Source: Candidatus Hermodarchaeota archaeon (GTDB taxonomy: Archaea > Asgardarchaeota > Heimdallarchaeia > Hodarchaeales > Hodarchaeaceae). From it: a DNA stretch of 32,000 bases. Location of the stretch: assembly GCA_048886185.1 (NCBI GenBank), contig JBHLKY010000002.1:1-32000 (forward strand), in the 5' to 3' direction. Made by a program: the position numbers and the translations under genes. Positions 1-10,200 of the stretch are shown piece by piece. The notes beneath the pieces were generated by a model. It ran no database searches. It was given only the letters and a program-made list of their open reading frames with translations, and was not told where the DNA came from. Every line of letters begins with the position of its first letter. The first letter of the stretch is position 1.

Positions 1-416
1 AGATCGAAGCTTTCATTCCCAATACCAGTACCAAGAATAGTAAAAGGCCGAGTTAGCTCGTTTCCAACTCTAATAAGATACTCTCCTCCTTTAGCAAACA
101 CAGTAAAGTCAGAACCAGTACCATTAATGATTTCCTGTTTTAATCCCATATCTAACGTTAGATATCCATTGCCATAATCTGGGTAGATTAATGCAAAGGA
201 GTCATCTGGGGGGCCAAGTGCATTTTCCCCGTTGAGAAACCATATGGAATTGGCTGTGACCTCATCAGCATATGCATTAATATAAGTTGCTGCAAATTGG
301 AACCCTAAGATTTGATTTTCAGCCAAAGGATAACTCATAGCATTTTGGTTTAACCCAAAACCTATAAGAAGAAGTAAAAAGATCAATGTCACTCGTTGTA
401 ACGCTTTAACACTCAA
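1..416 (-). CDS. Secreted/cell-surface protein, N-terminal part only (runs off the window edge)
   Basis: Manual translation, not in the ORF track: TTG at 416 with GGAGTGA SD just upstream; open frame to the window edge, MSVKALQRVTLIFLLLLIGFGLNQNAMS (signal peptide)...NALGPPDDSFALIYPDYGNGYLTLDMGLKQEIINGTGSDFTVF. The ALGPPD...LTLD.G...I.NG.G.DF.VF pattern recalls extracellular beta-sandwich domains. Confidence 0.75.
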   Translation of the reverse strand, partial: MSVKALQRVTLIFLLLLIGFGLNQNAMSYPLAENQILGFQFAATYINAYADEVTANSIWFLNGENALGPPDDSFALIYPDYGNGYLTLDMGLKQEIINGTGSDFTVFAKGGEYLIRVGNELTRPFTILGTGIGNESFD

Positions 417-767
417 AATAATTCACTCCAGAGAACAGCTCATCATTTAATACCGTTGAACACTCACTTCAAAATAATTTTCATAGATCTAACTCTCATT
501 ATAGATAATATTCCGTCTCTATTCTTCAATAGAATTCAGTTTTAAACCCCAGAAAAGGAGAAAAGAAAGTTAATTGTAAGTTTTTTTGAAACAATCTCAT
601 GGTGACCTAATCGATGAAAATCAAATGTGAATTACCCGTTAACTTATAATTTATTATGATTCAAGTAGTTAGAGGTTTCTGCTGGATTTTGATTCAGGGT
701 GCTTTAAAAAGAATGCAAACAATAGAAATCACATAAGCTCACAATAAACTAACGAAAAATTTGGTGA

Positions 768-3365
768 TTGAAACTGAAAAACTATTCAAAATTGTTAAGC
801 ATGACTCTAGTGGTCATCTTCATTTTAATGGTCTTCAATGGCCAAGTAGCTCCGGAAGGAGCTACAGCTGACTTAGGGGATGACTATTTCGAAGACTTTG
901 AAGGAACAGTATTTCCTGGATGGACAAAAACTGGTTTTTGGCATATCGAAGATAATGATACTTCCCTCTGGTCCGTCTTTAACATCCCAAGCGACTCTCA
1001 TTACGCGTGGTATGGAAACAGCACCTCAGGAAACTATTATACAGGTGACAGTCCGAATTATGGAGATCTCACCTCTGATACCATTGATTTGACGGGATTG
1101 GCTGAACCTATTGAATTAGGATTCCATAGTCGTGCCCAAACAGAAAACATTGAAGGTGTGGATACAAAAACAGTTCTCATCTCCTCCGATGGAGGTAACT
1201 CTTGGAAAGAGCTAGGCCAGATTCCAGATGATGATACCTGGAAATATTGGTCTTTTGATATCACTGATTTTAAGGCAAGTAACAACGTAAAGATCCGCTT
1301 CTCATTTGATACAGGTGATTCGATAGCAAATATGTACCCTGGTTGGATGATTGATAATATAAGAATTGGAAAACCCATAGGTCGATTTGATCTTTGGATT
1401 AAACAAGATTCCTATGCGTTCATATACGACATTCGAATGATGGAATTCTTTGCCACCTCATTTTATGATTATTCAATGTATGTCAATATTAGCATTGACA
1501 TTCTTACACCAAGTGGAATGCAAAATCTGTATTATGAAGAAAATGTGTTCATTGATAGATATGGAACCTGGGATTACTGGATTGATTATCAATTTAACGA
1601 AGCAGGTGATTTTTGGGTTTATTTCAGTCTAATAAATGAAACAGGGACAGAATGGGTCACTGAATGCTGGTGGATCGTCGAGAAGAATGTTTTTGGACTT
1701 TGGATTGAACAAGATAATTATGCCTTTCAATATGAAAGTCGACCGATGAATTTTATAGCCAAATCTTATTTCAGTCATGGTATGTATGCCAATATAACTG
1801 CTTTCATCGATACACCCAGCTACTCAACAGAATCTCTCTTCAATGAGATAGGAGTATGGATTGAGCCGTACGGAAGATTAGAGAGAACTTTTGATTATGA
1901 GTTTAAAGAACATGGAAGATATTGGGTTTACTTCATCCTAATTGACGAAAATGGAACAGAGTGGTACATGGATTGTTGGTGGGATATTGAAGCTCCAAAA
2001 CAAGATATTTTCATCCTTTGGATCGAACAAGACAATTATGCGGGAATAACGGACATCCGAAAAATGGGATTTCATGTAGAGTCCTATTTCAGCTATTCAA
2101 TGGAAGTTGACATCCTTGTAGAAATTATCACACCCAGTAGTGTTTATGAAACACTCTTTATAGAAGAGATGGTTCAAATTGAGGCCAATGGATACTGGGA
2201 AAATTGGCTCGATTATACCTTCACCCAGACAGGTGAATATCTTGTCATCTTTACACTTATTGATAATCTAGGAAATGAATGGGTAGTTGATTGTTGGTGG
2301 GTAGTTGAAGCAAATTTCTTTGATCTCTGGATAGAACAAGAATACTATGCAGGTGTTACCGACTGGCGAAACATGTCTTTCCATATGAAATCTTACTATA
2401 ATTACGGAATGTATGTCAATATCAGTATTGACATTCTCACACCTAGTGGAATTGAAAATATTGTGTCCTTCGAAAGCGTGTGGACTGAGGCTTTTACTTC
2501 TTGGGACTACTCCTTAGAATATCAATTCACTGAAGTAGGAGAGTATAGTGTCTTATTCAGTGTTGTAGACGAAACCGGAGCTGGGTGGGCTCGTGAATGC
2601 CCTTGGTCTGTTGAAAGTGACTTCTTTGGTACTCGAATTGAACAGGATTATCAGGCTTTTGTTGGTGAGACACGCACTATGAAATTTATTACTAAATCTT
2701 ACTTTAATTATAGTAAGTATGTTGATATCTTTATCGAGATCTATACTCCCTATGGAGTAGAAATCCTCTACCAAGAAGAGGCAGTCTGGTTCGACGCATT
2801 TACCTCATGGGACTATTCCATTGACTATACTTTCACTGGAATAGGAGATTATAAAGTTCTCTTTAGTGTTATTGATGAATATGGCTCAGAATGGGGAATA
2901 GATTGTTTATGGAAGATAGTGGAGAAAGGTTACTTCAATCTCAAGATTGACCAAGATCAAAGTGCTGAAGTAGGCGATTTAGGAAAAATGACGTTCCTTA
3001 TCCAGTCTCATTTCAACTACAACATGGAAGTCAACCTCAATGTAACTATTAAAACGCCTAGTGGAATAATAGAACCCCTATATAATGAAATCGTTTGGAT
3101 AGAAGAGGGTGGAACTTGGAGTCACACCCTTGGATACGAATTCAAAGAAATTGGAAAATACCAAGTTCTATTTGTATTAATCGATGATATCGGAGTTAAA
3201 TGGACAACAGACTGCATTTGGGATATTGTAAGCCCAGGTACTGAGGAAACAGAATCAACAGGTAATACAGAAATACCTTCTGTTAATACCCCAGGATTTG
3301 AAACTCTTATCATTATTGTGGCAATAGCGGCAATAGCAACTCATTATAGAAGACGTCATGGTTAA
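768..3365 (+). CDS. Cell-surface protein: signal peptide, MAM/jelly-roll-like domain, six tandem ~102-aa beta-rich repeats, PGF-CTERM-type anchor
   Basis: 865-aa ORF (TTG 768; ATG 801 is an alternative start). Hydrophobic N-terminus; domain with LTSDTIDL...ISSDGGNSW...KIRFSF...GWMIDNIRI; six visible repeats; Thr/Glu linker, then PGF, a hydrophobic helix and RRRH. Confidence 0.9.
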   Translation: MKLKNYSKLLSMTLVVIFILMVFNGQVAPEGATADLGDDYFEDFEGTVFPGWTKTGFWHIEDNDTSLWSVFNIPSDSHYAWYGNSTSGNYYTGDSPNYGDLTSDTIDLTGLAEPIELGFHSRAQTENIEGVDTKTVLISSDGGNSWKELGQIPDDDTWKYWSFDITDFKASNNVKIRFSFDTGDSIANMYPGWMIDNIRIGKPIGRFDLWIKQDSYAFIYDIRMMEFFATSFYDYSMYVNISIDILTPSGMQNLYYEENVFIDRYGTWDYWIDYQFNEAGDFWVYFSLINETGTEWVTECWWIVEKNVFGLWIEQDNYAFQYESRPMNFIAKSYFSHGMYANITAFIDTPSYSTESLFNEIGVWIEPYGRLERTFDYEFKEHGRYWVYFILIDENGTEWYMDCWWDIEAPKQDIFILWIEQDNYAGITDIRKMGFHVESYFSYSMEVDILVEIITPSSVYETLFIEEMVQIEANGYWENWLDYTFTQTGEYLVIFTLIDNLGNEWVVDCWWVVEANFFDLWIEQEYYAGVTDWRNMSFHMKSYYNYGMYVNISIDILTPSGIENIVSFESVWTEAFTSWDYSLEYQFTEVGEYSVLFSVVDETGAGWARECPWSVESDFFGTRIEQDYQAFVGETRTMKFITKSYFNYSKYVDIFIEIYTPYGVEILYQEEAVWFDAFTSWDYSIDYTFTGIGDYKVLFSVIDEYGSEWGIDCLWKIVEKGYFNLKIDQDQSAEVGDLGKMTFLIQSHFNYNMEVNLNVTIKTPSGIIEPLYNEIVWIEEGGTWSHTLGYEFKEIGKYQVLFVLIDDIGVKWTTDCIWDIVSPGTEETESTGNTEIPSVNTPGFETLIIIVAIAAIATHYRRRHG
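1386..3239 (+). repeat. Six tandem intragenic protein repeats
   Basis: Repeats start at 1386, 1692, 2010, 2319, 2625 and 2934. Consensus F.L.I(E/D)Q..YA......M.F...S.(F/Y)...M.V.I...I.TPS...W.....Y.F...G.Y.V.F...D..G..W...C.W. Repeats 1 and 4 share YVNISIDILTPSG; repeats 4 and 5 share AFTSWDYS. Confidence 0.9.
3291..3362 (+). other. PGF-CTERM-like archaeosortase sorting signal
   Basis: CCA GGA TTT (PGF) at 3291-3299, then ETLIIIVAIAAIATHY (transmembrane) and a basic RRRH tail: the tripartite structure of archaeosortase substrates. Confidence 0.75.
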
Positions 3366-3385
3366 TTAAACCATGACTTCCAACC

Positions 3386-3414
3386 TTTTTTTCTTGAAAC
3401 TCCCCCTTCTTTTT
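3386..3414 (+). terminator. Putative archaeal oligo-T terminator
   Basis: T7 run at 3386-3392 and T5 at 3410-3414 in a pyrimidine tract about 20 nt after the stop of the 865-aa gene. Confidence 0.4.
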
Positions 3415-3581
3415 AGGATATTCTTATGTCTAAATTGCCGTGTTAAAATTATATTACCACTAGTCTTTTTTACAAAAATTGATAGCTATATTTTTTTGGA
3501 GACTAAAAATTTTTTTGATAATGTTGGCTTGAGATAAACCAATCTGATTTATTTAAGATCAGACCTTCTATGGTGATCCTG

Positions 3582-4233
3582 ATGGAGTACAGAAATTAGT
3601 GAGATTTCTTTGGGATCATGGCTAACATACGGAGGACCGCTAGAAAAAAACCAAAGTAAGATATGTCTGACGAGAGCGATTGAATTAGGGGGAAATTTTA
3701 TCGACATTGCAGATGTCTACGCTCGTGGGAGTGCTGAAAAAGTTATAAGTGAAATTTTAAGAGATGATAATTACAATAGACAGGATTTAGTTATCGGTAG
3801 TAAGGTCTTTTAGCCAATGAGTGACAATATTAATGATCGGAACTTAAGTTGAAAACATATCCGCGAATCGATAGAAAATACGTTGGATCGGCTTCAAACA
3901 GATTACTTGGATATTTACTTTTGTCATCGTTTTGATCCATATACTCCACTAGAAGAGACGATTCGTACAATGTCCAAACTTGTAGAACAAGGATATGTTC
4001 ACTATTGGGGGACCTCTGTATGGTCAGCAGTCCAATTAGAGTAACTTACTCTTGTAGGGATTCTCCGTAGAGAAGAAGTAAGGTGTGTTATCACTAGTGT
4101 AACAAAACCAGAACAGGTAAGAGAGAATGTTGAAGCTTCTGATGTAGTACCTAAAAGTGATATTCTTCATCAAATTGAAGAGATTCTTAAAAATGAGCCA
4201 AAGAGGCATCCCCTATATAATCCACCGTGGTAA
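3582..4233 (+). pseudogene. Aldo/keto reductase pseudogene (Kv-beta/Tas/YghZ-like)
   Basis: ATG 3582 (GGTGA SD) gives MEYRN, then a frameshifting deletion. The following frame reads SEISLGSWLTYGG...NFIDIADVYARG...LVIGSKVF*PM...LS*KHIRESIENTLDRLQTDYLDIYFCHRFD...YVHYWGTSVWSAVQLE*...ILRREEVRCVITSVTKPEQVRENVEAS...PPW*. Internal stops TAG 3811, TGA 3850, TAA 4042; a large central segment of the barrel is missing. Confidence 0.9.
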
Positions 4234-4329
4234 AGAACTATTAACTCCCCAAAAAAAGGAAAAATGTGAGGAATCACTCGTTCTTTGGTATTAGAGTATT
4301 TTTGATCTTATTAAAACACTGTAGCGAAT

Positions 4330-4479
4330 TTAAAAAGCAGAAGACGCAACTATCTTAGATAATCCGTTTTTTCTGTCTGTTTCGTAATCGGGAGGCAACT
4401 CTGAAAACAAAGGACCATTATAATTTAAGTACTCAATTGTAATCTGTAGCTCTTCTTGTGTAATTGGTTCTGGAGACAT
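4330..4479 (-). CDS. Putative 49-aa small acidic protein
   Basis: ATG 4479 preceded by GTGAGG SD; MSPEPITQEELQITIEYLNYNGPLFSELPPDYETDRKNGLSKIVASSAF; fills the intergenic gap and is below the ORF-track cutoff. Confidence 0.35.
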   Translation of the reverse strand: MSPEPITQEELQITIEYLNYNGPLFSELPPDYETDRKNGLSKIVASSAF

Positions 4480-4533
4480 TGGTTTCCTCACAAGTAAATA
4501 TGATAATCAACAAGTATTATATAGATAAGTGAT

Positions 4534-5184
4534 ATGTTTGTAATACATCCGTTGAAGAATATGACTTCGTTTGACCATTTCAAAAAACAGGCGAGAACTC
4601 TGAGTAATATTCAAATTCAGGTGAATCCCACCGATTTGTTTTCTCCTCTTAAGGAATACTTCCAAAATTATCCTATTTCAACCTGGATTGATCTGTATAA
4701 ATTTATTTACCAAGGAACCTGCGGCTGGAGCCATTTAATTTACAATATCGCAAATCGGACACATAAAAATCTTATTCAAGAACTTTCTGCAATTGAAATT
4801 ATTCCAAATGATCCGACCCCTCTGCTTGAATTGTTAGACAAAAAAACTCAGTTTGCACGACTTCATCTAAGACCTTGGAAAAAAAAATATCAGAATCAAT
4901 ATGATCTAATTCTTGAAAGTATGAAAAAGGTCTTAATTCAAACTCCCCAGAATATCACTCTTTTCAGATCTCGAATACAATCTATCGTAAGGCTTGTTAA
5001 ACAAGATATACTTACGATCGACGAAAGTGGTGACAAAAGGGTATTATCCTGGCTTAATTTGCTCTTAAAATCTACAAAAGATACTGATCCTGTTTCAATC
5101 CTACCTTTGTTTCACCATACTACCATGTTTCGGGATAAATATAATCCAAGCTATCGTATTGTATATTATCCTGATTTTTATTGA
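4534..5184 (+). CDS. Hypothetical protein
   Basis: 216-aa ORF with motif-like segments WIDLYKFIYQGTCGWSHLI, RLHLRPWK and FHHTTMFRDKYNPSYRIVY; start uncertain. Confidence 0.8.
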   Translation: MFVIHPLKNMTSFDHFKKQARTLSNIQIQVNPTDLFSPLKEYFQNYPISTWIDLYKFIYQGTCGWSHLIYNIANRTHKNLIQELSAIEIIPNDPTPLLELLDKKTQFARLHLRPWKKKYQNQYDLILESMKKVLIQTPQNITLFRSRIQSIVRLVKQDILTIDESGDKRVLSWLNLLLKSTKDTDPVSILPLFHHTTMFRDKYNPSYRIVYYPDFY

Positions 5185-5607
5185 AAATTGATCTCAGAAT
5201 GTACCTCTTATTCAGGCTACAGGCCCTCCGTTTTTATCATTAAATTCGCGATCTGAGGGGAGTTTAATAAACAAAGGCCTATAATAATTTAAGTATTCGA
5301 TAATATAATTAAGTTGATTGTGAATTGAAGGCTCTTCAGACATTGGGAATCTTCAATCTTAGAAATTAATATTGTTTTAAAGAATCACAAAAACTCCAAT
5401 CAATCTAGATAATGTTTAATCTTTGAAAAAATTCAGGAGCTTTGGTCCATCTCCTTTTAATGATAATCAGCACCAGAAAATCTAGACTTATTGCCTTCAC
5501 AGCCTCCATACTAGCTTTCCTCAGTTTTTATTGGATCATTAGCTTATAGTCACCATATGTTAAGAAATTATTTAACAGAAAGTTAATACATTATATCTAA
5601 GCATTGC

Positions 5608-6270
5608 TTGAGACGATTGTCCGTGAAAGAACTTACCCGCGGTGTCCTTATAGCATTTGAAGGCATAGATGGATCAGGGAAAACTACACAAATCCATGAG
5701 ATTGCCCATTTATTAAGAAAACATAGTTACAAGGTGACAGTCACTCATGAGCCTAATCACCACTCAAAATGGGGAAAATTAATACAAAATCGAGTCAAAA
5801 AACATCGTGAAGAGGTTCCCCCTGAAACAGAACTAGAATGGTATTTGAAAGATCGTCAATGGGATTTAGCTAATAATATCCTTCCTGCTTTAGAGAAAAA
5901 GCATATTGTTCTCGTTGATCGTTATTTCTTATCGAATGCAGCCTATCAAGGAGCACTTAACAGTTTTACACCAGATTATATACTTCAAAAGAATGATTTT
6001 GCCCATAAACCCGATCTATGGATAATTTTAGACGTTTCAGTCCAACTCGGGCAGACCCGTTTGTATCAACGTGATAAACAAGATAACGAAGATCAATTAG
6101 AACTAGCTGATTACCAAGAGAAAGTTAGACAGAACTACAAGAAGATTACAGGAATGAACATTGGAGGGAAAATCGAATGGGTTGACGCCAGTTGTGGAGA
6201 AAAGGAGCTTACACAGATTCTAAAAGCACTAATATTAGATTTTCTCAAAGATTTCCAAATAAAAAAATGA
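5608..6270 (+). CDS. tmk: Thymidylate kinase (dTMP kinase)
   Basis: LIAFEGIDGSGKTTQ P-loop, THEP, LVDRYFLSNAAYQG, KPDLWIILDV. Confidence 0.95.
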   Translation: MRRLSVKELTRGVLIAFEGIDGSGKTTQIHEIAHLLRKHSYKVTVTHEPNHHSKWGKLIQNRVKKHREEVPPETELEWYLKDRQWDLANNILPALEKKHIVLVDRYFLSNAAYQGALNSFTPDYILQKNDFAHKPDLWIILDVSVQLGQTRLYQRDKQDNEDQLELADYQEKVRQNYKKITGMNIGGKIEWVDASCGEKELTQILKALILDFLKDFQIKK

Positions 6271-6735
6271 TTATTTCCTCACTAATTCTTTGGAAGAATT
6301 CAGATAACGCTGTAAATAGTCAATCGTGGTCTGTCGAAACGCTTCCACTTCCTTCTTCCCAGAAGCTGTATCGTACATGATGCTAGCTTGCTGTTGGATT
6401 TTAATATCACGAATAAAAGAATTAAGATCTTCTAGCAATTTCTCATCTTTAATGTTCATATTTCGGATACGAACCAGGAGGGCTAACGCATCAGTAAATT
6501 GAAGATCATAAACCAGAATGAGAGCTCGAATAAATAAGCTTTGAATAATTACGGTTTTAGCGTTATGACTAGTATGCTCTATTCTCTTCAAGAATTGCAT
6601 AGCTGTATGAATCTGGCCTTCCTCAAGATAAGACTTTGCTAGCATAAAATTTCGAAAATCATGAAGTTCCATGACATTCTGTAAAGCATTTTCTATTCGT
6701 TGAAGACTGATTCTAATTTCGGAATCAAGCACCAT
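6271..6735 (-). CDS. Hypothetical alpha-helical (TPR-like) protein
   Basis: 154-aa ORF, ATG start, amphipathic helices (LAKSYLEEGQIHTAMQFL; RALILVYDLQFTDALALL); abuts tmk tail-to-tail. Confidence 0.7.
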   Translation of the reverse strand: MVLDSEIRISLQRIENALQNVMELHDFRNFMLAKSYLEEGQIHTAMQFLKRIEHTSHNAKTVIIQSLFIRALILVYDLQFTDALALLVRIRNMNIKDEKLLEDLNSFIRDIKIQQQASIMYDTASGKKEVEAFRQTTIDYLQRYLNSSKELVRK

Positions 6736-6869
6736 AAGTTATCACTTTGATCGATCGATACTAAAAATTCTTTAGATAAAAAGATTTGTATGAAAAAAAG
6801 GAGATTAAAATACAAGTCTGGTTTTTTAAAAGGTCCTAAAAATTTTCAGATAATTTATAGTAATCTAGT

Positions 6870-7148
6870 CTATCTTACTCGTTTGATAATATGGTATCCA
6901 AATTTCGTTTTTACAGGAATTTGTGTTACTTGATTCTTGTTTAAAGCAAAAGCTGCAGTTTCAAATTCTTTTACCATTGCCCCACGTCCAAATTCTCCAA
7001 GATTTCCTCCACGCTTACGACTGGGGCATGTGGAATATTTCTTGGCAAGATCTTCAAACTTCTTTCCAGTATTAATCTGTTCAATAATATCTTCAGCAAG
7101 TGTCTTCTTATCTACTAGAATGTGTTTCGCAATTATCTTGTTTGACAT
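6870..7148 (-). CDS. ppiC: Single-domain parvulin peptidyl-prolyl cis-trans isomerase
   Basis: AKHILV, FEDLAKKYSTCPSRKRGGNLGEFGRGAMVKEFETAAF, VKTKFGYHII. Start reassigned to ATG 7148 (GTGGTGA SD), giving 92 aa. Confidence 0.95.
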   Translation of the reverse strand: MSNKIIAKHILVDKKTLAEDIIEQINTGKKFEDLAKKYSTCPSRKRGGNLGEFGRGAMVKEFETAAFALNKNQVTQIPVKTKFGYHIIKRVR

Positions 7149-7206
7149 AGTCACCACTGTTTGAAGGTATTGAATGATGTAAAATATCAAGATTTCTAAA
7201 TAGAAA

Positions 7207-10200
7207 TTATCCACTCAACTTTGTCCAATCATAATTCTGTTCAGTTATCCAAGTACGATTTACAAAAAGATGTATTTTCCACCAGCTAGTCAAACCAACA
7301 ATATCATCGACACACACAAGATGTTCATGGGTAGTTAACCAACGGTAAGACTCAGTATAATTGATAGCATAAGGTGGTACATCATGGTGTTTGGAGTTAT
7401 TAACAACCAACCAAAATTTGATGTGGGGACGAGCCTCATAATATGCGTCCATTTTAGCAGGGTCATCTTCAGAAAAGGGAATATGATAAAAACGATTACG
7501 CCATTCTCTATCTTCAACTTCATATCCTAGGTAGTAACGCATTGCAAATTGAGAACCAGCGTCAGGAATGACCCAAGTGCTAAAATTATAATCACCACCG
7601 TGATTTTTGATGTAAATGGCCATTTCTTGATATCGAACATCAAAAATTTGGTTGATATGAACAAGAACCGAGGCGTTGATAAGCATAGCAGATAGTGTTA
7701 ATCCCAGAATGATCAGAGCTTGTGGCTTAACTTGTGGTTTTAGCCAATATAATCCCAAAATAAGTAAAACTACACCAATGAGTGTTGCGATTGGAGCTCC
7801 ATGCTCTACAACATCCAGTATCCATCCAAGATCTAGAGAAAAGATAGTTTCCAATAGATCATGGAAAAGGACATCATACAACGTTTTCAACCCATTAGCC
7901 TTAAACCATGAATCAATAAAGAATTTATAAGCAAAACCAGTTGTTATAACCCCAGGGAAAGTTTTAAGATAATAAAAGGCTATTATGGTGAAGGGTACAA
8001 GGTAAATAACAGCTACAAACAGATAGAATCCTAGGCTATCCAAATCCTCTAAGAAATGGGATAGTGATGTACTTCCAGATAGCAAACTTATTGGAGTATC
8101 CACAAAGTCAATAAAAGGTAAAATTAAGTATGTATATCCAATCTCAAGGTAAAAAATAAAACCTGCTAAAAAGCGTTCAACGTTATCTACTACAGTAATT
8201 CTCCAACGTTCGGAGGAATAAATATATTCAATTCCTTTTGCCGCAATGGCTAAGTACGGAATAGCTAATGGAATATAGTAATAATTCAACTGGAATTGTG
8301 CAGGAAAGAATATAAAAGGAATAGTTATCAACCACGCTAATAGTGCCGAACCTAAAGCAGGATTTCGTTTACTAGAGAAGAAAAAAGCAATAACACCCAC
8401 AATAAAAAATGGAAGCATAACAATTAAGGCATAATCGTTGATTGCACTCCCAACACTCCGTGCTAGGTCACCAGAATTTGTTGCATGTGAGTATCTCCAA
8501 CCTATATAGTAAGTGAAAAAAAGAAAGGTATAAGTTACGGGATCTGGTCTCTCTGGATCTCTTGATAATTCTCCTGGTGTACGGACAATCCAAGGGAAAG
8601 TTCCATTCGCAATATTCGCATCCAAGTATTGGACCCAGTACACAAAAGGATAAAAACTAATAATGATAAGGATAATAGCCACTGATAGGAAAAGTAAGTG
8701 ACTAGCAAATGCAGATACTTCCTCTGTTGATCGTAAATATGCTCCTAATTTAAAATATTTAGTGATTCTATTCTTCAACGTTGGGTAAGCTGTTACCAGA
8801 GGTATGAGTATTAGGGTAATAATCACACCAAATTGAGTAATCAAAAGTGCATCACGATCAAAGAATTGACCTACGAGAAGTATTGCTGCAAACCAATAAG
8901 CAAGCCATATCCCAATGATAACAAGAGGAATTAAGTCTAATCCTTCATATATTACCTTTAAAAAAATTGATTTACGATTAAATAGATCCAGAAGAACTCC
9001 AGAGAAAAAGAATACAATTCCAAAGGTGAGAATAAGTCCAAAAAGGGCAGCTATTATCTCAAGAGTCAGTAAAGCCAAGATTTCATTTGAGAATATCTCC
9101 TCTAATCCAGAAAAGAATCCAGATAAGACGTCTTCATCACCTAGTGCTTCTGCAAACAGAATGGCAGAACTTTCCAGTCTTCCATAAAAAACTTTAACTA
9201 CTAAATTCCCCGCAAATCCAGCAAGATATCCTGTGACTACAGCGGTTATTAATCCATCCGATCGCAATTGGCTTTTCTGTTCAAAACTTGCTCGTAAAAA
9301 TACAATATAACAGCCAATAGCAGCCACTACAGCTAAAATAATGCTGGAGACGAGTAATTGACCTGAGAAGAATGCTCCAAGGAATGAAGCACCTCCAGCG
9401 ACAAGACCTACAATATATGGGAAAGGTATCCCTTCTTTGAAATATTTTGACTGGATTAATTGATAGGCTTCCATATCTTTCGAAGATACAGTAAATCGTG
9501 TGCAGATCTCTGACCAGATAGTACGTAAATCATCAAGATTCATGTGACGCTCAAGATATCTAATTGTCAAATATATTGCAATGGCGGGATAAGTTAAAAT
9601 CCCCTGCCATGCTTTTGTTAAGATATTAAAGATATTCAGAATGAAAGTAACAATTAACAGAAAATATCCCTTACGAAGATTATTTTCTACAAAAATCGCA
9701 TCAACTGCCCTGATCCCGAATAACATCACTACTGCAGACATAAAGACTACAAAAGAATCAATATATGCCGTTCGTGAGTAAAAAGTCAAAAAATGAGCTA
9801 GTGCAACAAGCAATCCCGCAACTACTGCAGCGCTTCTGTTTTCTATCTGATGATTATATAGGAAATACACAACTAAGGCTAGGCCTGAACCGCCAAGAAT
9901 GACGACCCCTTTGACTGCAATAGTTGTACGACCAAATATTAACATTAAGAAAGCGCCCACCCAAAACGTAAAAGGAGGTTTATCAAAGAATTTAATGTCC
10001 CCCCCTTCTGCAGGATAGTAGAGAGGAAGCCAAGGGTCAGACGGGGGTGGTCCAAACGCCATTCTACTAGCTATTGCCGAAAACCATCCTTCATCCCACA
10101 TATCTATGCTGTGGGTAAATGCTACTTTAACCCAGAAAGCCAGAAGAGCTATTATTATGATGAATCGAAATTTAGTAATGATTGACCAAATCTTCTCCAA

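Noticed and set aside
1386-3239. Diversity-generating retroelement or nucleotide-level repeat array
   Set aside because: Repeats differ mainly at synonymous and scattered positions, with no adenine-specific TR/VR pair and no reverse transcriptase.
880-3313. Short alternative-frame and antisense ORFs inside the 865-aa gene (880, 1058, 1450, 2553, 3122)
   Set aside because: Fully nested in a well-supported CDS, with no motifs.
3811-4044. Stop-codon recoding (pyrrolysine TAG or selenocysteine TGA) in the AKR frame
   Set aside because: Three different stops occur together with a frameshift and a large deletion; the stops sit at probable Trp/Arg positions; intact genes in the window end in TAG and TGA.
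5185-5607. Long intergenic region as a possible ncRNA or tRNA
   Set aside because: AT-rich; no cloverleaf or extended GC-rich stem seen, only weak partial inverted repeats. An Infernal/Rfam scan would settle it.
7149-7214. 22-aa N-terminal extension of parvulin in the ORF track
   Set aside because: Overlaps the glycosyltransferase stop; ATG 7148 has a GGTGA SD and gives the canonical ~92-aa size.
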